Below, one piece after another: positions 38,369 through 47,688 of a stretch of 64,000 bases of DNA (positions are counted from its first letter, which is position 1; the number at the start of each line of letters is the position of its first letter). The translations under genes and the position numbers were made by a program. The notes under the pieces were generated by a model. It saw only the letters and a list, made by a program, of their open reading frames with translations, was not told where the DNA came from and made no database searches. This stretch comes from Bacteroidia bacterium (GTDB lineage Bacteria > Bacteroidota > Bacteroidia > Flavobacteriales > Schleiferiaceae). The stretch is taken from the NCBI GenBank assembly GCA_030424545.1, contig JAUHWL010000012.1, forward strand, positions 20,315 through 84,314. Direction: 5' to 3'.

Positions 38369-41300
38369 TTAAGGGAAATTAATTGTAAAAAAGAAGTTTA
38401 AATTAATTAAGCTGGCATCAGTAGCATTTACTACTCCGTCTAAGTATGTGTCGCCAGATAAATACCCACTAAGGAAGAATTGTTCAGCAATGGCATCTAC
38501 GTCTGTTGCATTGATGTTTTGATCGTTGTTGCAATCGCCACCATGTAAAACGTAGTAGTTATTGCCGCCATTTAATACTCTTTTAACACCTCTTGGATTT
38601 CCGCCTGTGGTGTATACATTACTGTCGTCTGTTCTAATGTCCCAAACAGCGGTTCCAGGTGAACCTACAACAGTGTTTAAACTAGCAACGTTTGCATGGT
38701 TTCTATGTACCACAGATACATAATAATTATCTTCAGGTGCAGTAATTGCCACGCCAGCATTACCTGAAACATCCAACGCTTCTCCTGTTGAAGTTAGAAA
38801 ACAGGCTTTCTGGTACAGGACTATACTGGGATCATTTTTATCACGTAGTTGAACTAATATCCAATCTGTAACACTTGGATATGTATCAAAAAAGTCGGCA
38901 GTTACACTCTCTGTACCAGCATAATTCCATGGTGAAGCATTATAAGGTTGGTTGAGTGCGTTTGTAGCTAAAATACTCGAGCTTCCCCCAGTACTTAGGT
39001 GGGTTGTCATTGTTCCCGCAGATGATGTGAAGGGCCCTTCTAAAAAGCACTTAATATCCCAAAGAATGATGTTTTCCTCTACCAACAAGTGTAAAGTGGC
39101 AAAGGTACATGTACCATTGTCGCACACTTCGTAAGGTTGTGCGTAGCTACCTGTAAAGTTGGCGTCCGGTGTAAAAATATAGGCGCCATTAGGCCCAACA
39201 ATTAAACTACCCACTCCTGGGATGACTTGATTTTGAGGTGTAATTGCCATTGGGCCTGTTCCTGTTGTAAAATCATTGATTAGTAAGCCGTCAGCTACAG
39301 CAACTGTTACTTGCTCTCCTTTTTTAGAATAAGACAAATCATCTGAAGCTTGTATTGCATATTCCGAGTTTGGATTTGCGACCGTAATAATTACTTGAGC
39401 ATCATCACACAAGCCTGAAGGTGTTTCACACACCTGGTAAATTACTGTATCCATGCCATAAAAGCCAGCATTTGGTGTATATTCTAACTGTCCGCTTCCA
39501 TTAATAACAGCCGTTCCATTTGCTGCACCTGTTAAAATACTCGGTGTGCTAAGGCTTCCGCCATTCCCAGATGAGGCATCGTTTAATAAAATACTTACGG
39601 TTCCTGTAGCTGGCGTAGCTTCGTCTCCATCCAACAGTAAGACATCGTCTAGCGCAACGGGAGGTCTATTCGCAATTGGCTTGTCTTGTACAACTATTTT
39701 TAGACTTTCATCTTTACAAACGGGTGTTGGTAAAGTTGCATCGCAAATGGTTGTTGTAAAATAATAAGTACCAGAAGTGCTGGTTAGAAACGAATATGTG
39801 CCATCACTATTAAGCACTGGTAAATCACCACTTGGGTTGCCAGATTGTGCTACTACATTACTATATGTTGAACCTGCCTCAACAAAGTCATTTGTATTTA
39901 CATTTCCATTTATGGTACTGCCAAGCAGTCCAATAGAAACATCTGGCTTAGTGCTCATAACATTTATTATAAACTCAACATATGGGCGGCAAGTTATGTC
40001 TGCGGGCAAACCAGTAGGAATTAGATAGATGTAATAAGTGCCTTCTGGAGAGAAATATTTTCTGTTTGGGGTGATGCTGGCAAGAGAAGTTACCTCATCT
40101 GCGGTAGAAGAATCTATAACTGTACCTCCGCTATACATTGCAGAGCCAGTTTGTTGGCTTGTAAAAAGAACCCATTTAAGTGCTTTATCAAGTTTTAATG
40201 TAGATCCAATTGTAAGAGGACTTATTGTTTCACCAATAAATACATTTTGAGTAGCGCTCTCACCGGGTGCAAGCGACAGTGTTGGACAACAGTTTAACCC
40301 CCCACCTCCATTGGCTAAAGAAGTTTCTACAAAGGCGTAATAAATATTGAGAGTTGAGAGTAACTGTGCATTTACCAACCCTCCAAAGCTTATTTTTACC
40401 TCATCAAAATCTAAACTTGTGTAAAACCCAACAGCTCTTTTTGTGGTTTGTTGATTACCCAACAATCCTAGCAACTCTAAATCAAGTAAGTTACTGGCAC
40501 TCTGTGATTCTTGTTGTGTTCCGTCTAAAAATGTCGTGACCGTTATGTTCTCGAGCAAGTCTAAAACCAAGAGGCCCAATGTTCCAGATTCTACAACAAA
40601 CCCTGTTAACGAACCTCCAGGGTATGTATTGGCTGGATCTTGTACAGACAGTGAAAGTGATCCTAAAAGGCCAGCCGTAAGTACCATTTCAGCGGCATCT
40701 GAAGTGTCAATATTTGTGACAAAATCTGCATTTTCTATCTGACAACCAACACATGCCGTTCCAACTCCAGTTTCTTGAAAGTTGACAAACGCAGGGGTTT
40801 CTGGATTTGTTAGAATTATGATCTCTTCGCATTGCAGGGTTAAGGCACATGTACGCGTTGTAACCATAGAGTATACATTTATTGTATTAAGAACACCTAC
40901 AAGTGGTGTGAATGATATTCTCACTTCGTCAAAGGCCTGTGTACTTACAAAGCCAACTGTTTGCTTACCTGTTGTTCCATACAACAGCCCTGTACTTACA
41001 TCAGCTAGGCCTGAAGCGCCAGAGGCCGACTCAATTAACGTTCCATTGCTATACGTTGCAACCGTAAGTTGATCCAACACATTAACTCCTAAAATGCCTG
41101 GTTTCTCAATCACAAAACCAGCGAACGTATTTGCCGGATATTCATCTACCGCATTTGCTACAGGTAATGTTACCGTAGATGCTACGCCAGCAACCGAATA
41201 CATTTGGGCAAAATTTGATGTATCGTTATCAATTACACTATCTGGGTTGGTAACACCTGCATCAACGTCAAGCACTCCAGATACACCTAAAGCCTGCGTA

Positions 41301-41986
41301 TTTATGTACAAAGGGTAATCTGGTACGTTTTGTAGGGTAGGTGTATTACATTCTAAAAACTCTGTGCCATCAACCAAAGGCGCAGCACAAAACTTTTGGA
41401 TTACCGGATAGTATACTCTATAAGAACTCAAGAGACCTAGCCCGAACGTAATTCTTATTTCATCGAATGGCTGTGTAGCTATAAACCCACCTGTAATTCG
41501 CGATTGAGATAGTAGGCCAACTCCAATAGCGGATAAATTTGAACCACTTTCTGACTGTATTAGAACGCCATTATTATAGGTTGCAATCGTTACATTATTT
41601 AACAACCCTAACAAATCAAGATTTAGCAAAGTGCTTTCGGTAAAGTTAAATCCAACAAAAAAGGGGGCTGTAGCGGTGGCGTTATACGTATTCGTGGGAT
41701 CTTCTACGGTTGCATACCCTGAACTCAATAATGTGCTTATTGAATGATAATTATTTAAATCAGAGTCTAGCACGTTGCCTGAGCATGGAGGTTGAAGAAA
41801 GCCTCCACAATTGCTTGCATCAAATGTTAACCCAGCTGTAACATTGCTTATCCATGGTGTGGGCTCGTTACAACTAAGCGCAGTACTTTGACTAAAGGCT
41901 GCTGTGCTTATAACGATTGTAATTGACGCAATTAAAAGTTTAAAAATAAAATTCATTTGGCAACTATTGTTTGTGCTTTCAATCAA
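38369..41986 (-). CDS. Giant secreted adhesin-like protein with triplicated ~90-aa module, Ig/cadherin-like segment and dockerin-like C-terminus
   Basis: Signal peptide; the true start is probably the internal MNFIFKLL at ~41956. Three paralogous modules (…ATYNNGVLIQSESGSNL…FDEIRITFG / …ATYSNGTLIESASGASGL…FDEVRISF / …TTFLDGTQQESQSASNL…FDEVKISFG). The C-terminus is DCNNDQNINATDVDAIAEQF…DTYLDGVVNATDASLINL, a duplicated calcium-binding-like repeat. Confidence 0.7.
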   Translation of the reverse strand: MIESTNNSCQMNFIFKLLIASITIVISTAAFSQSTALSCNEPTPWISNVTAGLTFDASNCGGFLQPPCSGNVLDSDLNNYHSISTLLSSGYATVEDPTNTYNATATAPFFVGFNFTESTLLNLDLLGLLNNVTIATYNNGVLIQSESGSNLSAIGVGLLSQSRITGGFIATQPFDEIRITFGLGLLSSYRVYYPVIQKFCAAPLVDGTEFLECNTPTLQNVPDYPLYINTQALGVSGVLDVDAGVTNPDSVIDNDTSNFAQMYSVAGVASTVTLPVANAVDEYPANTFAGFVIEKPGILGVNVLDQLTVATYSNGTLIESASGASGLADVSTGLLYGTTGKQTVGFVSTQAFDEVRISFTPLVGVLNTINVYSMVTTRTCALTLQCEEIIILTNPETPAFVNFQETGVGTACVGCQIENADFVTNIDTSDAAEMVLTAGLLGSLSLSVQDPANTYPGGSLTGFVVESGTLGLLVLDLLENITVTTFLDGTQQESQSASNLLDLELLGLLGNQQTTKRAVGFYTSLDFDEVKISFGGLVNAQLLSTLNIYYAFVETSLANGGGGLNCCPTLSLAPGESATQNVFIGETISPLTIGSTLKLDKALKWVLFTSQQTGSAMYSGGTVIDSSTADEVTSLASITPNRKYFSPEGTYYIYLIPTGLPADITCRPYVEFIINVMSTKPDVSIGLLGSTINGNVNTNDFVEAGSTYSNVVAQSGNPSGDLPVLNSDGTYSFLTSTSGTYYFTTTICDATLPTPVCKDESLKIVVQDKPIANRPPVALDDVLLLDGDEATPATGTVSILLNDASSGNGGSLSTPSILTGAANGTAVINGSGQLEYTPNAGFYGMDTVIYQVCETPSGLCDDAQVIITVANPNSEYAIQASDDLSYSKKGEQVTVAVADGLLINDFTTGTGPMAITPQNQVIPGVGSLIVGPNGAYIFTPDANFTGSYAQPYEVCDNGTCTFATLHLLVEENIILWDIKCFLEGPFTSSAGTMTTHLSTGGSSSILATNALNQPYNASPWNYAGTESVTADFFDTYPSVTDWILVQLRDKNDPSIVLYQKACFLTSTGEALDVSGNAGVAITAPEDNYYVSVVHRNHANVASLNTVVGSPGTAVWDIRTDDSNVYTTGGNPRGVKRVLNGGNNYYVLHGGDCNNDQNINATDVDAIAEQFFLSGYLSGDTYLDGVVNATDASLINLNFFFTINFP

Positions 41987-42229
41987 TAACGATTAACTTT
42001 AAAACTAGATCCTTTAAATCGAAAGGATTGAACGAAGCACTAGTTAGAGTGGCAAAATTGGCCATAATAAAATCTACTTGATACAACATATTTGATGTAT
42101 TAGTTAAAATACCTAGTGTCTAACTTTATGAAATGTATAGATAGTATCACCGATCAACTTATGTACCTGATGGATAGTTTGTTAAATTGAAAGGATAAAT
42201 GAAAGTGTTATTGATTTTAATTTATCTAG

Positions 42230-42451
42230 ATGAAATGTGGTGTTATGAAAGACGATCAGATAAAAAAATTAGGAAAAAGAATTAAAGAATTAAGGAAACA
42301 AAAAGGTTTAACCCAATTTGATTTGGCGAGTTTTATCAATAAAGACCAGCAAGCACTTCAGAGAATAGAAACAGGAAAAGTAAATCCGTCTTATTATTAT
42401 CTTGTTTTATTATGTAGAGGGTTAGACATAACAATGGAAGATATGTTTTAA
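42230..42451 (+). CDS. XRE-family HTH transcriptional regulator
   Basis: LGKRIKELRKQKGLTQFDLASFINKDQQALQRIETGK is a classic Cro/C1-type HTH. Confidence 0.7.
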   Translation: MKCGVMKDDQIKKLGKRIKELRKQKGLTQFDLASFINKDQQALQRIETGKVNPSYYYLVLLCRGLDITMEDMF

Positions 42452-42657
42452 AATATAGATATTCATTTTTCAGAATGTGAAAAAAAAAGTGGTGAGATCG
42501 ACAATCAACAATTTTCTGGGAAAGGATTTTAATAAAAGCTTGTTGTTTAGATTGCGCTGCAACGGGCTTTGTTAAGTTCATACTTGTTAGCAGGTAAAGA
42601 CGATAAAAACCTATTCTTGCTGCCAGTATTCGTAAAATTTAAGTTTTATAAAAATAT

Positions 42658-42694
42658 ACACATAAAAAAACCCGAAGCAATTTGCTTCGGGTTT
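42658..42694. repeat. Copy 2 of the 37-nt direct repeat / palindromic terminator
   Basis: Identical over 37/37 nt to 35937-35973; flanks diverge immediately outside. Confidence 0.75.
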
Positions 42695-42923
42695 TTCTGT
42701 TGCCCCACAAGGATAAATTCATTGTCGTAAATCGGCTGTATGTTTCTGTAATTAAGACACATATAGTGATTTGTGTTAGCTATTTAATAGTATAGGCAGA
42801 CATTAAAAGATTTTAAGAGACGGTTATTCGGGTCACCTTTCGGGTCACGGTATTAATTGTACGGATTTAGGTTATTAGAATAGGTTTTCCACAACTTTTT
42901 GATGAATCCGGCATATAATACAT

Positions 42924-44159
42924 ATGAGGAATATACATTTTTATCTACCCCGAAAGAATATGCAGCTTAATACGATTCGTTTTAAGTTTACTTTAAACTA
43001 CCAAACCATTAGTGGTAGTACAGGACTTCGGATTGAATCTAAGAATTGGGATTTTAAAAGAGCAAGAGCCAAACCTTCCTTTAAACATGCATCACAGTAT
43101 AACACGGCTTTATCTGCTATTGATGAAGAAATAAAAAGTGTATTAGTTGACTTACAATTGAAAAACAACTTAAGCAAGGAGGAATTCTACTTAGCGTATC
43201 GTTCAGATAAAGAAAAGCTAAGCTTGGGAATGAGCATATTTACATTCACAAATTACTACATGATACCGAATAAAAGAAAAGAGGGCAAAAGTGAAGAAAC
43301 AATCAAAAGTTATAAGAATAGTTTAGCTAGGCTAAGGCAATATTGTTTTTTTCGAAAAATGGACGAACATAGCCTTACATTGGAGAGAATTATGGACTAT
43401 TCTTTTTATCTTGATTATTTAGGTTATCTAAATCTAGAATGCGGATTCATGCTTAATTATCAAGGATCATTGATAAAACATTTAAAGACAACAATTAATC
43501 ATGCAAAGGATTTGGGTATTCATAGTAAAAATTTGTCAAAAAAATATAAGAAGCCCTCTGAAACGATTGAACCATTAATCTTGGAAAAATCGGAGTTAGC
43601 GGCACTTGAAACCTGTGAGGGGTTATCTAGTATTGAATCAGCAGCACGAGATTGGTTTCTTATTTCATGTAAAACAGGACTGCGTATTAGTGATTTTCTT
43701 GACTTGAATAAAGCAAACATTAATTTGGAGCGAAACATTATTTCATTACGAACTGATAAAAACTCAAATAAAATAATAGAAATACCAATTTCTAATTCAA
43801 TCCATAAAGTTTTGGAACGAAATGGAGGGGGTCTTCCTCAAAAAATGTTAGATCAAAAATTCAATTTAAATATTAAGAAGGTTTGCCAAAAAGCGAAAAT
43901 TAATTCTAAAGTTATTATTGAGAGAAAGATTAAGGGTAAAATTCAATCAAAAGAAGTTTTTAAATATTTAAAAATTTCAGCTCATTGCGGTAGGCGAACT
44001 TTTGCTACCCATGCTTTTTTGGATGGCCTATTAGATCTTCCAGAGTTAATGCTTATTACTGGACATTCAGATTTAAAAACATTAATGCTTTATATCAAGG
44101 TAGATAATAAAAAGGCTGCAATCAAAATGCAAGCTAATATGGATAAATTGAATTGGTAA
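42924..44159 (+). CDS. Tyrosine-type site-specific recombinase (phage integrase family)
   Basis: C-terminal catalytic region with R...HxxRxxF (AHCGRRTFATHAF) and LITGHSDLKTLMLYIKV, which contains the Tyr nucleophile. The start may instead be the internal ATG at ~42960. Confidence 0.85.
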   Translation: MRNIHFYLPRKNMQLNTIRFKFTLNYQTISGSTGLRIESKNWDFKRARAKPSFKHASQYNTALSAIDEEIKSVLVDLQLKNNLSKEEFYLAYRSDKEKLSLGMSIFTFTNYYMIPNKRKEGKSEETIKSYKNSLARLRQYCFFRKMDEHSLTLERIMDYSFYLDYLGYLNLECGFMLNYQGSLIKHLKTTINHAKDLGIHSKNLSKKYKKPSETIEPLILEKSELAALETCEGLSSIESAARDWFLISCKTGLRISDFLDLNKANINLERNIISLRTDKNSNKIIEIPISNSIHKVLERNGGGLPQKMLDQKFNLNIKKVCQKAKINSKVIIERKIKGKIQSKEVFKYLKISAHCGRRTFATHAFLDGLLDLPELMLITGHSDLKTLMLYIKVDNKKAAIKMQANMDKLNW

Positions 44160-44314
44160 ACTCAATACCCACATTTGGCTTAAATAATTATTTGATTTGT
44201 CTTGATGTCTAGGTAGTTCATAATCCTGGAATTTTAATATAACAAAAAAAAATATGGCTTTCTATTACCTTGTGTTGTCTATTTTGAAAATCTAAAATCA
44301 ATAGACTTAAAATT

Positions 44315-45646
44315 TTGAAAAACATTAGGCAAGTTCTGGTATTTGTCTGTAATTCAAATAAAAGGGAACGAGAATTTGTCAACTCTGCTATTCAGATAAG
44401 TAATAGTAGATATAGAAAAAAGGCAATAAGACTTCATCGGAAGCTTTGTGACTTAGGGTGTTTGGATAATGGGGTAAGTTTAAAAACTCAAAATTTCAGG
44501 TTTTTAAGTTCAGACGATCGGACAAAGTGTTCAGCATTAATCAGAAAGAGTTATTTGGCTCTGAAAGCAACGCAAGGGTTTTATACAAATCCTGAAGATA
44601 AGTCAGAATATCAAAGGCAGTTTTTATCATTGTCAATCCGACAGATGCAATATGAGCAGAAATATTCTGAAACATTGCTTAGCACTCTATACCGAGAACA
44701 TTCAAAGGTGATTTCTGGAATGCCAATATATGAGGCAATTCAAAATTTGGAATTAAATCAACAAGAAGGCAATGATTATCTTAGTAGAGTTGAGTCGTCT
44801 CTCAAAAAGTTGGAAAGGGAGGTGAGTATTGGAGAGTTGTTGTCCTATGATGAAGCATTTAAGCTAAGATATTCAATATTCAATTTAGATTTGTCAGCCA
44901 TCATTGATACTTTCAATGATTCGAAGGTCAAAAAGTCTAGGTCATTTAAGGTTCTTTCAGAATTAGTAAAAAGTGGTGTTTTTCCATCTTCTAAGCATTT
45001 AAACAAAAAGTGCATTGTATATGGCGGAATATTTCACTTACTCTCTGTATCGGAAATTCAAACGATTTTTTGGTATTATCAATTGTTAAACAATGGAACT
45101 ATTGATTCCGACAAATTGCTAATTTACGTGAATGACGAAAGTCTATCTGTCAGTCAGCTTCCGTTAGTTTATTCGGTTTTTTCGGAGGATATGTATTGTA
45201 TTACAAAATTGGGTAAAGCGCATTTTAATTTTTGGATAAAGAAGGAAAATGCGTTAAAAATTTCAATAGCAAGCCAAGTTTTATTTAATGTGGTTTCAGC
45301 GTTTCTAGAACCTTTTAGTTCCTTTTTAGCGGGAAAAGCATCGCGATTGGGGAAATGGTATTTTATTGAAATAACGCTAGAGATAGTAGTTTTATTAAAT
45401 AAAGGAGTAGAGGAATTAGCTGAATCAAAAATTGAAGTATTTCGTAAAGCGCTAGATAGAGTCGAAATGGATATTGCACTTAGAAATCTGCATAAGCAGG
45501 TTCAGCGAAGATTGCACCAAATGGTGATGGGGTCAATTAACAAAATGAACCTAATACAATCCATTGAAGAGCTATTTACGAATCACCATAAGTATCAAAT
45601 CCATGAAAGATTGGTTAAATTTATTTTGAGTTACGTGATGAAATAG
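44315..45646 (+). CDS. hypothetical protein (island cargo)
   Basis: 443-aa ORF with AT-rich codon usage; no motif recognised. Confidence 0.45.
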   Translation: MKNIRQVLVFVCNSNKREREFVNSAIQISNSRYRKKAIRLHRKLCDLGCLDNGVSLKTQNFRFLSSDDRTKCSALIRKSYLALKATQGFYTNPEDKSEYQRQFLSLSIRQMQYEQKYSETLLSTLYREHSKVISGMPIYEAIQNLELNQQEGNDYLSRVESSLKKLEREVSIGELLSYDEAFKLRYSIFNLDLSAIIDTFNDSKVKKSRSFKVLSELVKSGVFPSSKHLNKKCIVYGGIFHLLSVSEIQTIFWYYQLLNNGTIDSDKLLIYVNDESLSVSQLPLVYSVFSEDMYCITKLGKAHFNFWIKKENALKISIASQVLFNVVSAFLEPFSSFLAGKASRLGKWYFIEITLEIVVLLNKGVEELAESKIEVFRKALDRVEMDIALRNLHKQVQRRLHQMVMGSINKMNLIQSIEELFTNHHKYQIHERLVKFILSYVMK

Positions 45647-45798
45647 ACAGATTCTGAGAAGTTTTTTGTATCAGTAGATCAATTAAATGCGCATCTATTG
45701 TCCTGAAACAGTCGAAAGTTTCCATGGGGTTTTACAGAGTAGTGAATATCTATGCCGCTCAAACCTTATAGATAAATTTTGATTAAAACCATTTTCTC

Positions 45799-46230
45799 AT
45801 GAAGAATCTAATTTTAGCCATTGTAGCTATTGTGTTTTTGCATATAAATCTAAAAGCTCAAGTACAGGATACATTTCACTTTGCTGTAGAATTAATTAAC
45901 CCTGTCGTCAGCAGCAATGGAGATACTTCATATACTTTCAAATGCGTCATTGATGCTGATGATAGTTTGCAAGTTTCAGCTGTACAATTTGATATTGGAA
46001 CATATCCCGGAGATAATAGTGTTGCCAGTCAGCTATTTGTAGTTGGTCAAAATTATGGGTTACCCAACGGATATTCCGTAACTACCGCCACAAATGAAAT
46101 AACACTAGGGCTAGGAATCTTAGATGTGGGGTTATATCACTACAAAGTTCGGTTGCAGTTTTTAAATGGTAGCAATTCTCGTGATTTAGTTTACAATGCC
46201 GCAACTGGGCAATACACATTTTTGCCATGA
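45799..46230 (+). CDS. small secreted protein
   Basis: Signal peptide MKNLILAIVAIVFLHINLKAQ. Overlaps the next gene by 4 nt, typical of an operon. Confidence 0.5.
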   Translation: MKNLILAIVAIVFLHINLKAQVQDTFHFAVELINPVVSSNGDTSYTFKCVIDADDSLQVSAVQFDIGTYPGDNSVASQLFVVGQNYGLPNGYSVTTATNEITLGLGILDVGLYHYKVRLQFLNGSNSRDLVYNAATGQYTFLP

Positions 46231-47159
46231 AAAAAGTTGTCTTTATCATAGTTTCAATTTGGGTGGTACTAAGTGTAAAAGGCCAAGTTCCCATCAATCA
46301 AAAAACTGTTACGTTATCTCCCTCAAAGGATGCAATGGTTTGGTTAAAACACGGGGATGATGTGTTTAAAAATACGAACTATGGGTTGAATGATCATTTG
46401 AGAATAATTGCAGGTACACATGGAGGGGCATTGTCATTTTATCGCACATTCATGGAGTTTGATTTGTCAAGCATTCCTCAAAATGCAGTTGTAACCGATG
46501 TGAAACTGTATTTGTACGCGCAGGGCGACCATTCTCAAACGAGTGGAAGCAATGAAAGCCGGTTATATGCGCTTAGTACAAGTTGGTCTGAAAGTACAAT
46601 AACATGGGAGAACTCGCCCAAGGAAGGTGATGCCGATGGTTCAAGTTTGCTAATTCCAGCAAGTAATACAGGAGGAGTTAATGATCCAAATAAAGATTAC
46701 ATCGTTGATGTTACCGAATTTTTCAATGAATACAGGACCAGCAACGCATTTTCATACTTCATTAAGTTAGAAACAGAGGTAAAGTATAGAAAATTGACAT
46801 TTTATTCAAAAGACTATGCCACCGTTTCTAAAAGGCCAAAATTGGAAGTTACATATACAGTTCCATTTGTAGAGCTATTGCCAGAGCTTTCAAGCGATTT
46901 TATAAAGCTTAAAGGTGATGTTCTTTATATTAAGTATGATGAAGAGGAGGTTCCATCTAGCATATTAAACTATAGAATTTTAGATTTTTTTCAGGATGAA
47001 TTATCGGGTTTGCCTACTATATCAAGTGTTTTACCAGGCCATAATCTAATAGCGATAGACTTAGCGAGTGTTAGCTTGAGTAATGGGGAATTTTACATTT
47101 TAGAGGTAACAGATTCTCATGGTGAGAAAAAATATTTACGATTTAAAAAAATCATTTAG
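46227..47159 (+). CDS. secreted protein with SW-E-TW-N-P motif (possible DNRLRE-type domain)
   Basis: Signal peptide plus LYALSTSWSESTITWENSPKEG. Family assignment is tentative. Confidence 0.45.
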   Translation: MKKVVFIIVSIWVVLSVKGQVPINQKTVTLSPSKDAMVWLKHGDDVFKNTNYGLNDHLRIIAGTHGGALSFYRTFMEFDLSSIPQNAVVTDVKLYLYAQGDHSQTSGSNESRLYALSTSWSESTITWENSPKEGDADGSSLLIPASNTGGVNDPNKDYIVDVTEFFNEYRTSNAFSYFIKLETEVKYRKLTFYSKDYATVSKRPKLEVTYTVPFVELLPELSSDFIKLKGDVLYIKYDEEEVPSSILNYRILDFFQDELSGLPTISSVLPGHNLIAIDLASVSLSNGEFYILEVTDSHGEKKYLRFKKII

Positions 47160-47163
47160 CAGT

Positions 47164-47688
47164 ATGAAAATTTCACACATAGTCTTAGGCGTATTGATTG
47201 GTGTTGCGCTCACTTTATCAGGTGTTGCTATGTATAAAGCAACAACCGTCTCAGAGGTGATGTATGTTGACGTTCCCAAACTTTTCAACTCATTTGATTT
47301 AAAGAAGGATCTTAGTGTAAAGTTAGAAGGAGTCATGACGAGGAGAAATGAAATAATAGACAGTCTTCAAACCGAGCTTAAATTGCTAGAAAACAATCTT
47401 AGACATGAACAAGGCAGTGATCAGATAATGCAGGCTTATATAAAAAAGAAAGAAGAATTGGCTGTACATCAAAACAGGTTTGCAGAGCTAAACGCACAAG
47501 ATGCGCAAAAATATGACGAGCAGATTTATACTCAAATCAACCAATATATATCAGAGTATGGAAAAGAACAGAAATGCAGATTTATCCTTGGGGCTAACGG
47601 AAATGGCTCTATGCTCTATGCCAATCAGGACAACGATATTACTGATGAAGTCATAGCCTATGCGAATTTTAAATTTAATGGAGAATGA
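47164..47688 (+). CDS. OmpH/Skp-like periplasmic chaperone
   Basis: N-terminal TM/signal (MKISHIVLGVLIGVALTLSG), then a long coiled-coil region and a C-terminal KCRFILGANGNGSMLYANQD resembling the OmpH C-terminus. Start chosen at 47164 so the gene does not overlap its upstream neighbour. Confidence 0.55.
   Translation: MKISHIVLGVLIGVALTLSGVAMYKATTVSEVMYVDVPKLFNSFDLKKDLSVKLEGVMTRRNEIIDSLQTELKLLENNLRHEQGSDQIMQAYIKKKEELAVHQNRFAELNAQDAQKYDEQIYTQINQYISEYGKEQKCRFILGANGNGSMLYANQDNDITDEVIAYANFKFNGE

Noticed and set aside
38952-41318. Series of 60-96-aa plus-strand ORFs inside the 1205-aa adhesin gene
   Set aside because: Antisense, short and compositionally driven; the minus-strand ORF is continuous with coherent repeats.
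36018-41986. Idea that the two giant outer-surface genes form a polysaccharide utilisation locus
   Set aside because: No SusC (TonB-box/plug) or SusD features are present, and the C-termini are T9SS/dockerin-like instead.
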